In this document: positions 1 through 10,715 of the stretch, in pieces | How the letters are laid out: each line of letters opens with the position of its first letter | How positions within the stretch are numbered: the stretch's first letter is position 1 | Source: an uncultured Acidimicrobiales bacterium | GTDB taxonomy: Bacteria > Actinomycetota > Acidimicrobiia > Acidimicrobiales > SHLQ01 | NCBI GenBank assembly: GCA_938002955.1 | Contig: CALLAA010000050.1 | Coordinates: forward strand, 7,177 to 71,176 | DNA: 64,000 bases | Reading direction: 5' to 3' | The notes under the pieces: model-generated | The model's input: the letters and a program-made list of their open reading frames with translations, nothing else | Told to the model about the DNA's origin: nothing | Database searches by the model: none | Program-made: the position numbers and the translations under genes

Positions 1-483
1 AACGCGGGCATTACCAAAGACGGACTCGTACTGCGGATGGGCGAGGACGACTTCACGTCGGTCATCGACTCAAACCTCACCGGCGGCTTCCGAGTGGCAA
101 AGCGTGCGGTCAAGGGAATGATGAAAGCTCGCTGGGGTCGGATCGTCTTCATCAGCTCGATCGTTGGCATCGGTGGCCAAGCCGGCCAGGCAAACTACGC
201 AGCATCGAAGGCCGGGCTCCACGGACTCGCCCGTTCACTCGCGAAGGAGTTCGCCTCCCGCAATGTCACCGTGAACGTGGTCGCACCCGGCCCGATCGCG
301 ACCGACATGACCGCAGCGCTCACCGAAGACCAACTGTCGGCCATGACCGATGTGGTTCCGCTCGGGCGAATGGGAGAGGCCTCAGAGATCGCCGCGGCCG
401 TGTCCTTCCTTGCATCAGAGGATGCTGGCTACATCACCGGAACTGTCTTGCCCGTCGATGGCGGCATGGCAATGGGGCTCTAA
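1..483 (+). CDS. fabG: 3-oxoacyl-ACP reductase (5' truncated by window edge)
   Basis: Frame open from base 1 (NAGITKDG), YAASK catalytic motif, VDGG C-terminus; upstream of acpP-fabF. Confidence 0.93.
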   Translation, partial: NAGITKDGLVLRMGEDDFTSVIDSNLTGGFRVAKRAVKGMMKARWGRIVFISSIVGIGGQAGQANYAASKAGLHGLARSLAKEFASRNVTVNVVAPGPIATDMTAALTEDQLSAMTDVVPLGRMGEASEIAAAVSFLASEDAGYITGTVLPVDGGMAMGL

Positions 484-592
484 ACGCCCACGTGGACGCT
501 GACGCACAACGACAAATCCGTTGTAGCTGTGGTGACCTAACAAATCGTTCGCCGTATAGGCTCTACCAACCTGCAATTCAGGAGAAAATGCA

Positions 593-829
593 ATGAGTGA
601 TGACAATTTCGCACGATTCCAGAAGGTCGCCGTTGAGGTGCTTTCCGTGGAAGCCGACAAAGTGACCATGGAGGCATCGTTCGCCGATGATCTCGATGCG
701 GACAGCCTTGACCTCGTGGAGCTCGTAATGGGCCTCGAAGAGGAATTCGACGTCGAGGTAGAGGAAGAAGAGCTTGAGGGAATCGAGTCCGTAAAGGGCG
801 CCTTCGAACTCATCACCAACAAGCTGTAA
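593..829 (+). CDS. acpP: Acyl carrier protein
   Basis: 78 aa acidic protein with DADSLD phosphopantetheine site; AGGAG SD. Confidence 0.97.
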   Translation: MSDDNFARFQKVAVEVLSVEADKVTMEASFADDLDADSLDLVELVMGLEEEFDVEVEEEELEGIESVKGAFELITNKL

Positions 830-2007
830 TGAACTTTCGTCGAGTCGCTGTTACCGGCGTTGGCGTCGTTGCCCACTGCGGCATCGGCAAAGACGCCTTT
901 TGGACCGGTCTGCAAGGCCCGGTAGAAGATGTCGAACGCCGGGTCCACGATTTTGACCCCGAGCCCTACTTCGAGAACCCCAAGGACGCACGTCGTACCG
1001 ATAGGTACGCACAGTTTGCATTCGCTGCGGCTCACGAAGCGCTCGAACAAGCGGGCGAGATCGACGCAGCACCGACTCGGCGCGGCGTGTTCTTGGGCAC
1101 CGGTATTGGTGGCCTGACGACACTCGAAGATCAGATCATCAATCGGTACGAGAAGGGCGAACGACGTGTTTCGCCGTTTCTCGTACCGATGATGATGGCC
1201 AACGCCGCCGCTGGCGGCTTGTCCATGAAGTACGGCTGGCAAGGCCCAGCCGAAAACACCGTGACCGCATGTGCTGCGGGAACACATTCCATTGGAAACG
1301 CAGCGCGGTGGATCGCCACCGATCGCTGCGATGCAGTGCTGGCCGGCGGTTCTGAAGCAGCGTTTACCGTTACTGCGCTCGCCGGCTTCCGCAACATGAC
1401 GGCGTTGTCACCAAACAACCGCTCGATGCCATTCGACGCGAACCGCAATGGTTTCGTCATGGCAGAAGGAGCCGCCGTTCTCGTCCTCGAAGAGTGGGAC
1501 CGTGCGGTCGCCAGGGGCGCCACAATTCTCGCTGAGGTACTTGGCGCTGCGTCAACCGCCGACGCCCATCACATCACGGCCCCCTCCCCCGGAGGCGTCG
1601 GCGCCGTGAACTGCATGGAGCTCTCGCTCGCCGATGCTGGCCTCAGCGCAGAAGACATCGTGCACATCAACGCACACGGCACGTCGACCCCGCTCAATGA
1701 CGCAGCCGAGGCCGAGGCCATCAACAAGGTCTTCGGTGGCTCGAACCGACCGGTCGTCACGTCGACGAAGGGTGTCACCGGACATGCACTCGGCGCGGCC
1801 GGTGCCATCGAAGCTGCGGCAATCGTGCTCGCAATGGAACATGAGCTGATCCCACCGACCGTTGGCCACGAGGTCGATGACCCCGAGATGCCCGAGATCG
1901 ACCTTGTCGTTGGCGAAGCTCGCCCATGGACACCAGGGCCATCGATGTCGAACAGCTTTGGGTTTGGCGGCCACAACGGCACGCTCATTCTCGGCCCAGG
2001 GGCATAG
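829..2007 (+). CDS. fabF: Beta-ketoacyl-ACP synthase II
   Basis: TACAAG Cys, HGTST and GHALG His, NSFGFGG; TAATG overlap with acpP. Confidence 0.95.
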   Translation: MNFRRVAVTGVGVVAHCGIGKDAFWTGLQGPVEDVERRVHDFDPEPYFENPKDARRTDRYAQFAFAAAHEALEQAGEIDAAPTRRGVFLGTGIGGLTTLEDQIINRYEKGERRVSPFLVPMMMANAAAGGLSMKYGWQGPAENTVTACAAGTHSIGNAARWIATDRCDAVLAGGSEAAFTVTALAGFRNMTALSPNNRSMPFDANRNGFVMAEGAAVLVLEEWDRAVARGATILAEVLGAASTADAHHITAPSPGGVGAVNCMELSLADAGLSAEDIVHINAHGTSTPLNDAAEAEAINKVFGGSNRPVVTSTKGVTGHALGAAGAIEAAAIVLAMEHELIPPTVGHEVDDPEMPEIDLVVGEARPWTPGPSMSNSFGFGGHNGTLILGPGA

Positions 2008-2101
2008 CGAACCTTTTCGGCGGGCCACGGCCTGGCCGCTGATCATCATGGGGCACTCGTGGTGATCTTCACCGCGAGCACCTCTACGCCGATGGGACCC
2101 T

Positions 2102-2650
2102 ATGGAACACAACCCGTGGACGACCCACGAATCGGTTACGGCCTACGACAATCCGTGGATAACGGTTGAACACAACACGGTGACAACACCAGGTGGTTCC
2201 GAGGGCATCTATGGTGTTGTGCGGTTCAAGAATCTGGCCGTCGCCGTGGTCCCAATCGATGAGCACGACCACACCTGGCTCGTTGGCCAGTACCGGTACC
2301 CGCTCGACACGTATAGCTGGGAGATACCCGCTGGCGGCTGCCCCGAAGGCGAGTCGATCGAGAACACCGCACATCGTGAACTCACCGAGGAAACCGGAAT
2401 CGTGGCGGAGACGCTCACGCCGGTCTTTGGCAACGTGCACCTGTCGAACTCGGTGACGAACGAAACCGCGTTCGCCTTCGTCGCCACCGGGATCACCATG
2501 ACAACCGCGACGCCCGAAGACAGCGAAGACCTCGCCGTTCAACGGTTGCCGGTCGACGATGCGATTGCGATGGTTCTCGACGGCCGCATCACCGATGCCT
2601 TTACGGTGATGACGTTGCTACGAATCCACGCAGATCGTTGCGCGTCGTAA
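2102..2650 (+). CDS. NUDIX hydrolase (ADP-ribose pyrophosphatase-like)
   Basis: Nudix box GGCPEGESIENTAHRELTEETG; QYRYP motif. Confidence 0.9.
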   Translation: MEHNPWTTHESVTAYDNPWITVEHNTVTTPGGSEGIYGVVRFKNLAVAVVPIDEHDHTWLVGQYRYPLDTYSWEIPAGGCPEGESIENTAHRELTEETGIVAETLTPVFGNVHLSNSVTNETAFAFVATGITMTTATPEDSEDLAVQRLPVDDAIAMVLDGRITDAFTVMTLLRIHADRCAS

Positions 2651-2710
2651 CCACCCATGCTTTTCGACAAGTCGCTTTATCTCGCTGGTTCATAGGCCGA
2701 CAACACCTAC

Positions 2711-3106
2711 ATGGCTTCCCCATCGCGACCCATGTGGCTAATCCTCGTGCTGATCACCGCAGTCTTGCTCGGTGCGTGTGGCTCATCGACCCCCGACAGC
2801 ATTGCGTTTGTGGAGTCCGAAGAGGGCGAGGGACAATCCATCGATACCGAAGCCGCTCCAGAAAGCACTGTTGCGCTCTTCGACGACGGCGAACTCGACC
2901 TCGTCGCCTTTCATGCACGCTGGGTTTGTGAGCTCCAACGGCGAACGTTTCCTGAGCTCAGCGGTGTGGATGACGCGCTAAACGAAACGCTCGTCGGCGC
3001 AGGACTGGACCGAGAAACCTACGACGAGTTCCTCATCGACCTGTCAGAGTCCCAGGATCTCCGCGACGCGGTCCTTGAGCGTTACACCGAGAGTTGCCTC
3101 GGATAG
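2711..3106 (+). CDS. Hypothetical lipoprotein
   Basis: Hydrophobic N-terminus with LGAC lipobox; acidic mature part. Confidence 0.7.
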   Translation: MASPSRPMWLILVLITAVLLGACGSSTPDSIAFVESEEGEGQSIDTEAAPESTVALFDDGELDLVAFHARWVCELQRRTFPELSGVDDALNETLVGAGLDRETYDEFLIDLSESQDLRDAVLERYTESCLG

Positions 3107-3123
3107 CTCGTGATCGAGCGGTT

Positions 3124-3876
3124 TCAGCTCTCCGCTGCCGCCTGAAGCACATCGTCGGGCATATCGAAGTTGGCGTAGACGTCCTGAACATCATCGTTGT
3201 CATCGAGGATGTCGATCATGTTGAGGATGGCCTTTGCGTCGGACGGATTCGTGATCTCGACCGTCGATGTCGGCAACATCGTGAGATCCGCGCTCTCGAA
3301 CGCAACACCGTTCTCTTCGAGGGCATCGCGAAGCCCGTTGAGGTCGGTTGGCTCACAGGTGAGGCGCCAGGTGTCGCCTTCGTCGACGAGGTCATCGCCA
3401 CCATGTTCGAGGGCCACCATCATGAGTTCATCCTCGTCGAGCGAGCGGTCGAGCGTAATTACGCCCTTACGTTCGAACTGCCACGCAACCGCTCCAGGCT
3501 CTGCCATCGAGCCGCCGTTCTTGGTGAACAGCGAACGCATATCGGCACCGGTTCGGTTGCGGTTGTCGGTGAGAACCTCGACGTACAGCGCAACCCCGGC
3601 GGGTGCGTAGCCTTCGTACGTAATCGGCTCGTAGTTGACACCTTCGAGCTCGCCCGTGCCGCGCTTGATTGCTCGCTCGATCGTATCGAGCGGGACCGAT
3701 GAGTCTCGGGCCTTTTGATACATGGTGCGCAGTGTTGCGTTCGCATCCATGTCGCCACCGCCTTGGCGGGCAGCAACTTCGACCTGCTTAATGAGCTTCG
3801 CGAAGAGCTTGGCCCGCTTCTTGTCGGCGGCGCCCTTCTTGTGTTTGATTGTTGCCCATTTGGAATGACCCGACAT
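3124..3876 (-). CDS. yebC: YebC/PmpR family protein
   Basis: MSGHSKWATIKHKK N-terminus, YEGY and TDNRNRT motifs. Confidence 0.96.
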   Translation of the reverse strand: MSGHSKWATIKHKKGAADKKRAKLFAKLIKQVEVAARQGGGDMDANATLRTMYQKARDSSVPLDTIERAIKRGTGELEGVNYEPITYEGYAPAGVALYVEVLTDNRNRTGADMRSLFTKNGGSMAEPGAVAWQFERKGVITLDRSLDEDELMMVALEHGGDDLVDEGDTWRLTCEPTDLNGLRDALEENGVAFESADLTMLPTSTVEITNPSDAKAILNMIDILDDNDDVQDVYANFDMPDDVLQAAAES

Positions 3877-3929
3877 AGCGGCCTCCTTAGCGATATCTCA
3901 GAACGATTGTAGCCGGTGGGCGCAATCGC

Positions 3930-4502
3930 CTATGAAGCCACCGAGTCGAGAAACAGTCGATGGATCCTCGCGTCGGTGGCGAGTTCAGGGTGGAACGACG
4001 CACCGAGCGCGTTGCCCGACCGCACGAGCACCGCGTCTCCTCTGGACTCGGCCAGAACTTCGACGTCAGTACCGAGGCGCACGATCCGGGGCGCCCGGAT
4101 AAAGACCGCATGTACCGGATCGTCGGTCACCGTCGTCTCGAGCTCGGTTTCGAAGCTTTCGATCTGGCGCCCGTAGCCGTTGCGCTGCACCGCAATATCG
4201 AACCGACCGAATGACCGCTGATCGGGCCGACCATCCTCGATTTCGGTCGAGAGCAAGATCAGCCCTGCACAGGTGCCGAACACCGCCATGCCGTCATCGA
4301 TCCGAACCGCGAGCGGATCGAACAGTTCTGACGACTCGAGCAGCATCGACATCGTCGTGGACTCGCCACCTGGCATAACCAGTGCGTCGACCGCGTCGAG
4401 ATGAGACGGGCGTCGTACTTCAACGACGTCGGCGCCGAGCTCGGAAAGTTTGTCTGCGTGGGCCCGGAAGGCACCTTGCAGGGCGAGTACGCCGATCTTC
4501 AC
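3930..4502 (-). CDS. pdxT: PLP synthase glutaminase subunit
   Basis: GVLALQG, PGGESTT, GTCAG, FHPE. Confidence 0.96.
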   Translation of the reverse strand: MKIGVLALQGAFRAHADKLSELGADVVEVRRPSHLDAVDALVMPGGESTTMSMLLESSELFDPLAVRIDDGMAVFGTCAGLILLSTEIEDGRPDQRSFGRFDIAVQRNGYGRQIESFETELETTVTDDPVHAVFIRAPRIVRLGTDVEVLAESRGDAVLVRSGNALGASFHPELATDARIHRLFLDSVAS

Positions 4503-5389
4503 CAGCCGCGATCTTCGAACTTCACGTCGAGCTCGTCCATGCCAATGCCGGTCATTGGGGCGCCGAGGCCCCGGGACACCTTGGCGAGGATGGCTGGATC
4601 GTTGTAGTTGGTCGTCGCTTCGACGATGGCACGTGCACGTGGCGCTGGATCAGCGCTCTTGAAGATGCCGGATCCAACGAATACTGCGTCGGCCCCGAGC
4701 TGCATTGCAAGCGCAGCGTCAGCGGGTGTGGCAAGACCGCCAGCGCAAAAGAGCGGTACAGGAAGCTTGCCGGTCTCGGCGATTTCCTGCACGAGCGGCA
4801 GCGGTGCTCGAAGCTGCTTGGCCCACTCGAAGAGCTCGGCTGAGTCGGCCTGGGTGAGCTTGCGGATGTCTCCGTTGATCGTGCGCAGGTGGCGTACGGC
4901 CTGAACGACATCGCCGGTACCAGCTTCGCCCTTGGAGCGGATCATGCATGCCCCCTCAGAGATACGACGGAGCGCCTCACCCAAGTTCGTTGCACCGCAG
5001 ACGAAGGGGACCTTGAAGGCCCACTTGTCGATGTGGTGGGTTTCGTCAGCAGGGGTCAGGACCTCGGACTCATCGACGTAGTCGACACCCAAGCTCTCGA
5101 GGATCTGGGCCTCGACGAAATGTCCAATGCGGGCCTTAGCCATGACCGGGATGGTGCAGATCTCTTGGATTCCCTCGATCATCTCCGGGTCGCTCATGCG
5201 AGCAACGCCGCCATCGACACGAATGTCCGCTGGGACACGCTCGAGAGCCATAACGGCAACCGCGCCGGCGTCCTCTGCGATCTTGGCTTGCTCGGGGTTA
5301 ACGACGTCCATGATGACGCCGCCCTTCAGCATCTCGGCGAGACCTCGCTTGACGAGAGGTGTTCCGGTGGACTGTGACTGCTCGTTCAT
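4499..5389 (-). CDS. pdxS: PLP synthase lyase subunit
   Basis: [24 protein letters not shown]; leaderless start TAGGGT-7nt-ATG. Confidence 0.97.
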   Translation of the reverse strand: MNEQSQSTGTPLVKRGLAEMLKGGVIMDVVNPEQAKIAEDAGAVAVMALERVPADIRVDGGVARMSDPEMIEGIQEICTIPVMAKARIGHFVEAQILESLGVDYVDESEVLTPADETHHIDKWAFKVPFVCGATNLGEALRRISEGACMIRSKGEAGTGDVVQAVRHLRTINGDIRKLTQADSAELFEWAKQLRAPLPLVQEIAETGKLPVPLFCAGGLATPADAALAMQLGADAVFVGSGIFKSADPAPRARAIVEATTNYNDPAILAKVSRGLGAPMTGIGMDELDVKFEDRGW

Positions 5390-5491
5390 ACCGCACACCC
5401 TAGCGAGGGTTTACGCGAAGAAACGAAGACAACGACGAGATATACGGACGAAAAGGAACTGAATTTGTAGCGTGTGAGCGCTGTGTTGGAG

Positions 5492-6610
5492 TTAGCCCTG
5501 GTCGCGAAGCGAGTCAGCCTCGAGAAGGCTGATCTCGGCGGCCGTACCGGCCGGTGTCAGACTCACCCAGGTCTGGCCTGGAGCAAGCCCGATGATGTCT
5601 CCCTCGGGCGTCGTCAGCGTGAACGGGTCGCGTGGGAAATCGCGGGTCCATTCGCCTTCGATACGGAATCCACCCGAGTACACAACGACCGGCCCGCCGC
5701 CCAACGTGATGGCGTCGACCGACGCCCGGTCGATCTGGCTCGGCAGGTAGGTGGTGGTGAGGACAACGACGTTGGCTGGGGTGATATGGACGCCGTCGCG
5801 AGTCACGTGCGGCTCGTCACCTTGGAAGCGGAGGTACCCGCCGTCCTGGGATGACCAGACGTAGACGGCGTCGGTGCGAGCAGAGATTCGCACGCCCGCC
5901 GATCCAGCGCCGAGGTCGATGACGTTGTCGGAGTAGTCAAAGATTGGAGCGGGTGGCTCGCCGCCATCTGCTCGCTCTACCAATGCAGCCGCGTCGGCAA
6001 CGAGATTGTTCGGTGCCCGGAAGTCGCTGATGCGTTTGAATTCTGAGTGTCCAAAGTCGGCGCTGGAACGGATCAACAGGCCTTCGTTCTCGGCGGCACG
6101 AAGCTGTCCGCTCACCCCATCGTTGGCTCCCGAGTAGGCAAACACGGGACGATTCAGGTTCGAGACAATGTCGACGTCGGAGGTACGGCCCGAACGCACC
6201 GAACCAACTTCGGTTGGCAGTTCCGAATGAAAGACCGACGCAAAGCGGGTGGCCTGCTGTTCGATCCGTTCTTCGTAGATGATGTCGGCTTTGTCGAGAC
6301 CCATAAGGGCCGCACGGGCTGCCGCGTCGTTGTTCGAGATCTTGATCACGACCGCAGCGTGATCTGGCGAATCGCTGTCGCCAATCGCCTCGCCCGTGAG
6401 TGGGAAGACCGGGCCGAGGTCGGGGGCTTCGGTTGTGGTCGTCGTGCTCTCGGTCGTGGTCGGGGCGGTCGTTGGCGCCTGGGTGGTCGTCGTCTCTGCG
6501 ACCGTCGTGGTCGACGACTCTGCGGTCTCGGCGTCATCACCTCCGCCGCATGCAGCGGCGACCATGCCGAGCAACGTAAGAACGGCGAGCAGACGGATCA
6601 ACTTGTGCAT
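5492..6610 (-). CDS. DUF3048 (YerB-like) lipoprotein
   Basis: AAAC lipobox, Thr-rich linker, PLTG, KISN, ADIIYEE, TRF, GSVRSGR motifs. Confidence 0.85.
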   Translation of the reverse strand: MHKLIRLLAVLTLLGMVAAACGGGDDAETAESSTTTVAETTTTQAPTTAPTTTESTTTTTEAPDLGPVFPLTGEAIGDSDSPDHAAVVIKISNNDAAARAALMGLDKADIIYEERIEQQATRFASVFHSELPTEVGSVRSGRTSDVDIVSNLNRPVFAYSGANDGVSGQLRAAENEGLLIRSSADFGHSEFKRISDFRAPNNLVADAAALVERADGGEPPAPIFDYSDNVIDLGAGSAGVRISARTDAVYVWSSQDGGYLRFQGDEPHVTRDGVHITPANVVVLTTTYLPSQIDRASVDAITLGGGPVVVYSGGFRIEGEWTRDFPRDPFTLTTPEGDIIGLAPGQTWVSLTPAGTAAEISLLEADSLRDQG

Positions 6611-7314
6611 TACAACTCCCAGAGGACTTCGATTCGGTGGTCGAGGGGAACTCGCTGCGCTGCAGGAGGGACCAGCAAGGCTGCTCCCAATGAGTCCGCA
6701 CCCGGAATATCTGTCGACCGCCCGTCGATTCGCTCTAATGCAGAGCGGAGTCCCGGTGGGTACCGGGTGAGCCCAACACCAGAGATATCAAACGAAATAA
6801 CGCCCGCGTCGCCGGTTCCCCAGCGGCGGGCCATTTCTCGTTGTGCTCCAGTGATGAACGGATGTGCAGATGCCGCGAGGGTCTCATAGGTGACCGCTCC
6901 CGTCGACATCTTGGTGAGACCGTGGGCGACGACGCCCTCCATCTCCATAACGTTGAGTTCGTTGAGTAGACCCGTCGTTGCGATCAGTGCATCGTTGCGT
7001 CCCGATACCGAGATCAAGTTGCATGCGGGTGTATCGATGACGAGCAGATCGGGCTGATCGATACCCGACGTCAGGCACAGGTTCTCAACGGTGTTGCGAA
7101 TGCGCTGTCCCTCGGTCTGACCGAGCGGGCGTGCGTCGAGAGAACGGATGATTGCGTCGTCGGACCGATACCAGAAGTACCAGACGGTTGCGGCGGCGGC
7201 AGGCAGCGACAACAGCGCAAGCGGCCACCAGGCGAAGCCGAGCAGCAGGAAGACTAGAAAGACCGCGAGAGCGGGTATTGCAAAGATCGCAAGAATCCGG
7301 GTGGGCATGCTCAC
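6610..7314 (-). CDS. HtpX/M48-like membrane protein, probably catalytically degenerate
   Basis: Two N-terminal TMs, VENLC, TTGLL..L...EMEGVVAHGL, LTRYPPGLRSAL; HExxH replaced by HGLTK. Confidence 0.75.
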   Translation of the reverse strand: MSMPTRILAIFAIPALAVFLVFLLLGFAWWPLALLSLPAAAATVWYFWYRSDDAIIRSLDARPLGQTEGQRIRNTVENLCLTSGIDQPDLLVIDTPACNLISVSGRNDALIATTGLLNELNVMEMEGVVAHGLTKMSTGAVTYETLAASAHPFITGAQREMARRWGTGDAGVISFDISGVGLTRYPPGLRSALERIDGRSTDIPGADSLGAALLVPPAAQRVPLDHRIEVLWEL

Positions 7315-7368
7315 CTTCAGCGTTGGGGCGTCATCATGATAGGGCGCTAACCGCGCCTTTAGGGACCA

Positions 7369-8457
7369 CTAGCGGATCGAATCCTCCATAGCGATGGCTC
7401 GACGGTACGCATCGAGGTACAGGTCGGCGAGGCGGCGCATCGAGAACTCCGCAACTCGTTGCGAACCGCTCGCGATGAGTGCCTCACCACGGACCGGGTC
7501 GGTCAGGACGTCGTGCAACGTATTGGCCAGGCCAATCGGGTCTCCCGGCGGAACGAGCGCGCCATCAGCTCCGGCCCGGGTGACCTTTGCGTAGCCGGGG
7601 ATGTCACTCGCTACGACGGCGGTTTCGGCCGCCATTGCCTCGAGCAGGACGATCCCGAACGACTCGCCATGCAGTGACGGGGCGCAAAAGACATCGGCGC
7701 CACGCATCCGTTCGGTCTTTTCCGCTTCGTCGATCTCGCCGAGCCATGCAATACGTGGATCGTCTCCGTGGATTCGGCGAAGCTCGTCGGTCTCTGGCCC
7801 AACACCGCCGACCCAGAGCCGACACGTGTCCGGAAGGCGGGCGAACGCGTCGAGCAAGACAGCAAGTCCCTTGCGCTCCTCGTGGCGTGCGATAAAGAAG
7901 ATCGTCGGACCGTCGGTCGGCGTCGGGGTCCCGTTCCGAAAGCGTTGGACCTCGACGGCGTTGAACGCTCGCTCATAGGTTCCGCCGAGCGCATCGATCG
8001 CGAGGGCCTCGGCATCGTCGGAGACGGCGAAGCGGATCGCAAGCCGGTTCGCCCCTCGTGATGTGAGCGGTTTGAACACGTCGTAGGCAACGCTGTGGCC
8101 GGCTCGATGGAAGGTCCCGATCATCGGCGCAGGCTTCACCAGGATGGTCGTCATCGTGGGCCCGGGTGCCATGGGCTCATGGAGATGCAAGATGTCGAAT
8201 TCTTCGTCGCGGAGCGCCCGGATCGTTCGGAGCTGCGCCGCTGGATCTGGTGCGAGCGGGACGATCGAACCGTTTGCACCGGTCGGCACGCAGTTCCCGA
8301 GCGGCGTGACGAACGGTTCGGGCGGCGGCCCATCACATGGGCCGAGCACGCGAACCGACTCACCCCTGGCCCGAATGGCACGGGCAAGGCCGAGGATCTG
8401 GCCCTGCACACCTCCGGGAACCGTCAGGCTGTACGGGCTGATCATGCCGATTCTCAT
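7369..8457 (-). CDS. pimA: Phosphatidylinositol alpha-mannosyltransferase (GT4)
   Basis: MRIGMISPYS..PGGVQ, LHLHEP, GESFGIVLLEAMA; in pgsA-patA-pimA order. Confidence 0.88.
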   Translation of the reverse strand: MRIGMISPYSLTVPGGVQGQILGLARAIRARGESVRVLGPCDGPPPEPFVTPLGNCVPTGANGSIVPLAPDPAAQLRTIRALRDEEFDILHLHEPMAPGPTMTTILVKPAPMIGTFHRAGHSVAYDVFKPLTSRGANRLAIRFAVSDDAEALAIDALGGTYERAFNAVEVQRFRNGTPTPTDGPTIFFIARHEERKGLAVLLDAFARLPDTCRLWVGGVGPETDELRRIHGDDPRIAWLGEIDEAEKTERMRGADVFCAPSLHGESFGIVLLEAMAAETAVVASDIPGYAKVTRAGADGALVPPGDPIGLANTLHDVLTDPVRGEALIASGSQRVAEFSMRRLADLYLDAYRRAIAMEDSIR

Positions 8458-9383
8458 TGCAACGAGCGCAACTTCTCCGGAATTGGCCGTCCGAGCGCTC
8501 GAAAGTCACTCGGCCATCCGGGTTGGAGGACGTGCCACTGCTCGGGGGCTTTACGAACGAACCGTTCGAGCTCGGTTGCAAGTTCTTGGGTCACGCGTTG
8601 CACGTCGTCGCGAAAGCGTCCGTGTCGTTCGAGGGACACCGATGGTCGTACCTCGGCGAAGTGGCGCTCGCCATCGAAGTACACGGCGACGGGCAGGACC
8701 GGTGCGCCGGTGCGCAGCCCCACCATGGCGGGTCCGGCGGGGAGCAACGTTCGCTCGCCAAAGAAATCCACGGGCACACCCACAGCGTCGGCGACGATGC
8801 GGTCCGAGAGCAAACAGACAACGGAGTTTTTACTCAGCGCGTCGAGAATCGCCGGACCGGCCTCGGGGCCAACGGGAACGACGTCCATCCCGAGTGACTC
8901 CCGGAAGGACTTGAACCACTCAAATAGCTCCGGCGGCTGGAGCGGCTCGACCACCGCGGTGACCCGGAAGCCATGGATCTTGGTGAGCCAAAAGGCGGCC
9001 CACTCCCACCCACCGAGGTGTGGAAGGACGAGCACGCAACCCGTGCCAGCATCGAGCGCGTTGGTGATGTGTTGGAAGCCGTTGTACTGAAAGCCATCGT
9101 CGATGGTCTGGGCATCGAGCGAAGGCAGCCGGAAACTGTCGAGGTAGTAGCGGCCGTACGCACTGAACGTTCGGGCGACGACCTTGCGTCGTTCCGTAGC
9201 GTTCAACGAACGACCGGTGGCGCGTTCGATGTTGCGTTCGACGATCACCCGACGATCACCGGCAAACAACGAGGCAAGCGTTCCGCCGACGGTTACGGCG
9301 AGCTGACTCACGGGGCGGGGCACATAGCGCGCGGCGACCGCGGCCAACTTGTGTGTCGTTGTGCTGTCGAGACGAAGGGTCAT
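8454..9383 (-). CDS. patA: Phosphatidylinositol mannoside acyltransferase
   Basis: YYLDSFRLP, LPHLGGWEWA, LLSDR, PEQWH; between pgsA and pimA. Confidence 0.87.
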   Translation of the reverse strand: MTLRLDSTTTHKLAAVAARYVPRPVSQLAVTVGGTLASLFAGDRRVIVERNIERATGRSLNATERRKVVARTFSAYGRYYLDSFRLPSLDAQTIDDGFQYNGFQHITNALDAGTGCVLVLPHLGGWEWAAFWLTKIHGFRVTAVVEPLQPPELFEWFKSFRESLGMDVVPVGPEAGPAILDALSKNSVVCLLSDRIVADAVGVPVDFFGERTLLPAGPAMVGLRTGAPVLPVAVYFDGERHFAEVRPSVSLERHGRFRDDVQRVTQELATELERFVRKAPEQWHVLQPGWPSDFRALGRPIPEKLRSLQ

Positions 9384-9402
9384 GGGCCGGCCAACGCCGA
9401 GA

Positions 9403-10104
9403 TCAGCGCCGATCGGTCTTGCGCCAACGAGCCGAGGCTGGTTCGCGCGACGTCCGGCGCGCTTCTCGAGCACGACGGCGAGTTACTGGCCCCGGTGGTG
9501 GGGTTGGTCGACCAACGCTGGCCTGCTTCCACACCTTGAAGAACCTCTGGATTGCGGTGATTGCGGTCAAGGCCAACATCACCCAAAGGACACCGAGCAG
9601 CAGTGTCTCGTTGAACGCTCCGAGAAACAGACCGAACCCGAGCGCAATAAATCGCTCAGCACGCTCCATGAGCCCGCCCTTGGCATCGAACCCGAGGGAC
9701 TCAGCTTTGGCCCGCTGGTAGCTGATCATGATCGCGAGGCCCATGATCGCGACGGGAAGCATGTGGATCTGCCCATCGCGAGTCACGGACAGGTGCCAGG
9801 CAACGCCGCAGAACAACATGATGTCGGTGAGTCGATCAGATACCGAGTCGAAGTATGCGCCGCGCATCGATGACGTGCCCGACGCCTTCGCGATCGCTCC
9901 GTCGAGCAGATCGGGAAGCCCGGTCAGGACCATCAGCACGAGCCCGGCGGCGAGGTTGCCCGAGCCAATGACGACTGCGGCAACCGCGGACATCGCGATG
10001 CCGACGAGGGTCATCACATCTGCGGTGATTCCCATGTTGACCAAGGCGGCGCCTACGGGCTGCACTCCCCTGTCGATCTGTTCTCTCATATTTCCATCGA
10101 ACAT
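9403..10104 (-). CDS. pgsA: CDP-alcohol phosphatidyltransferase (phosphatidylinositol phosphate synthase)
   Basis: DLLDGAIAK...GAYFDSVSDR signature; GGAGG SD. Confidence 0.9.
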   Translation of the reverse strand: MFDGNMREQIDRGVQPVGAALVNMGITADVMTLVGIAMSAVAAVVIGSGNLAAGLVLMVLTGLPDLLDGAIAKASGTSSMRGAYFDSVSDRLTDIMLFCGVAWHLSVTRDGQIHMLPVAIMGLAIMISYQRAKAESLGFDAKGGLMERAERFIALGFGLFLGAFNETLLLGVLWVMLALTAITAIQRFFKVWKQASVGRPTPPPGPVTRRRAREARRTSREPASARWRKTDRR

Positions 10105-10217
10105 GGGAATCCTCCCTGCCTATGTTCGACTAAAGGCTAGCCGTGAAATGCGGCTGCCGACATCTGTGCGACGCGGACTCACTACGAGCGTCCAACGACG
10201 CCGGGTAGCATGACCGT

Positions 10218-10712
10218 ATGGGAGATCGATACGACAGCCTTCAGCCCGCCAGCCTCATTGCGTCCATGACGTCGATGCCACGCCGGTGGAAGGACGCAAT
10301 GCGAGTTGCCCCACCGAAGAGCATCGATGACTACTTCACCGTCGATGGTGAACACGGCTCGGCGGCCGAGCACGTCGGTGCCGTGATCGCTCAGCTGTCG
10401 ACGCTCAGCGATGCGATCCGGACGACCAGCTACAACGTGCCGGAGCCACTGACGAGCGCCGTCGTTGCGGCTGCGTCAAACACCGGCTCAGGCCCGTGGC
10501 CCGAATCGGCTTCGGACGGGCTGTCCGAACTCACGAGTCTCTTCGAAACGCTCACCGGCCAGCTGCAACAGCTCAACCCCCGAGACTGGAATAAGTCGGC
10601 CGACGCTGGTTCGACGATGCTCACCGTGTTGGCACTTGCCCAGGGTGCGAGCCGGGTCGCCGCCGACCGCCTAGCGATCGTCGAGCGCACCATTCGCACC
10701 CTGGCCGACTAG
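10218..10712 (+). CDS. Hypothetical protein, possibly DinB-like fold
   Basis: 164 aa helical ORF, SAAEHV segment; leaderless TAGCAT-6nt-ATG. Confidence 0.6.
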   Translation: MGDRYDSLQPASLIASMTSMPRRWKDAMRVAPPKSIDDYFTVDGEHGSAAEHVGAVIAQLSTLSDAIRTTSYNVPEPLTSAVVAAASNTGSGPWPESASDGLSELTSLFETLTGQLQQLNPRDWNKSADAGSTMLTVLALAQGASRVAADRLAIVERTIRTLAD

Positions 10713-10715
10713 CAG

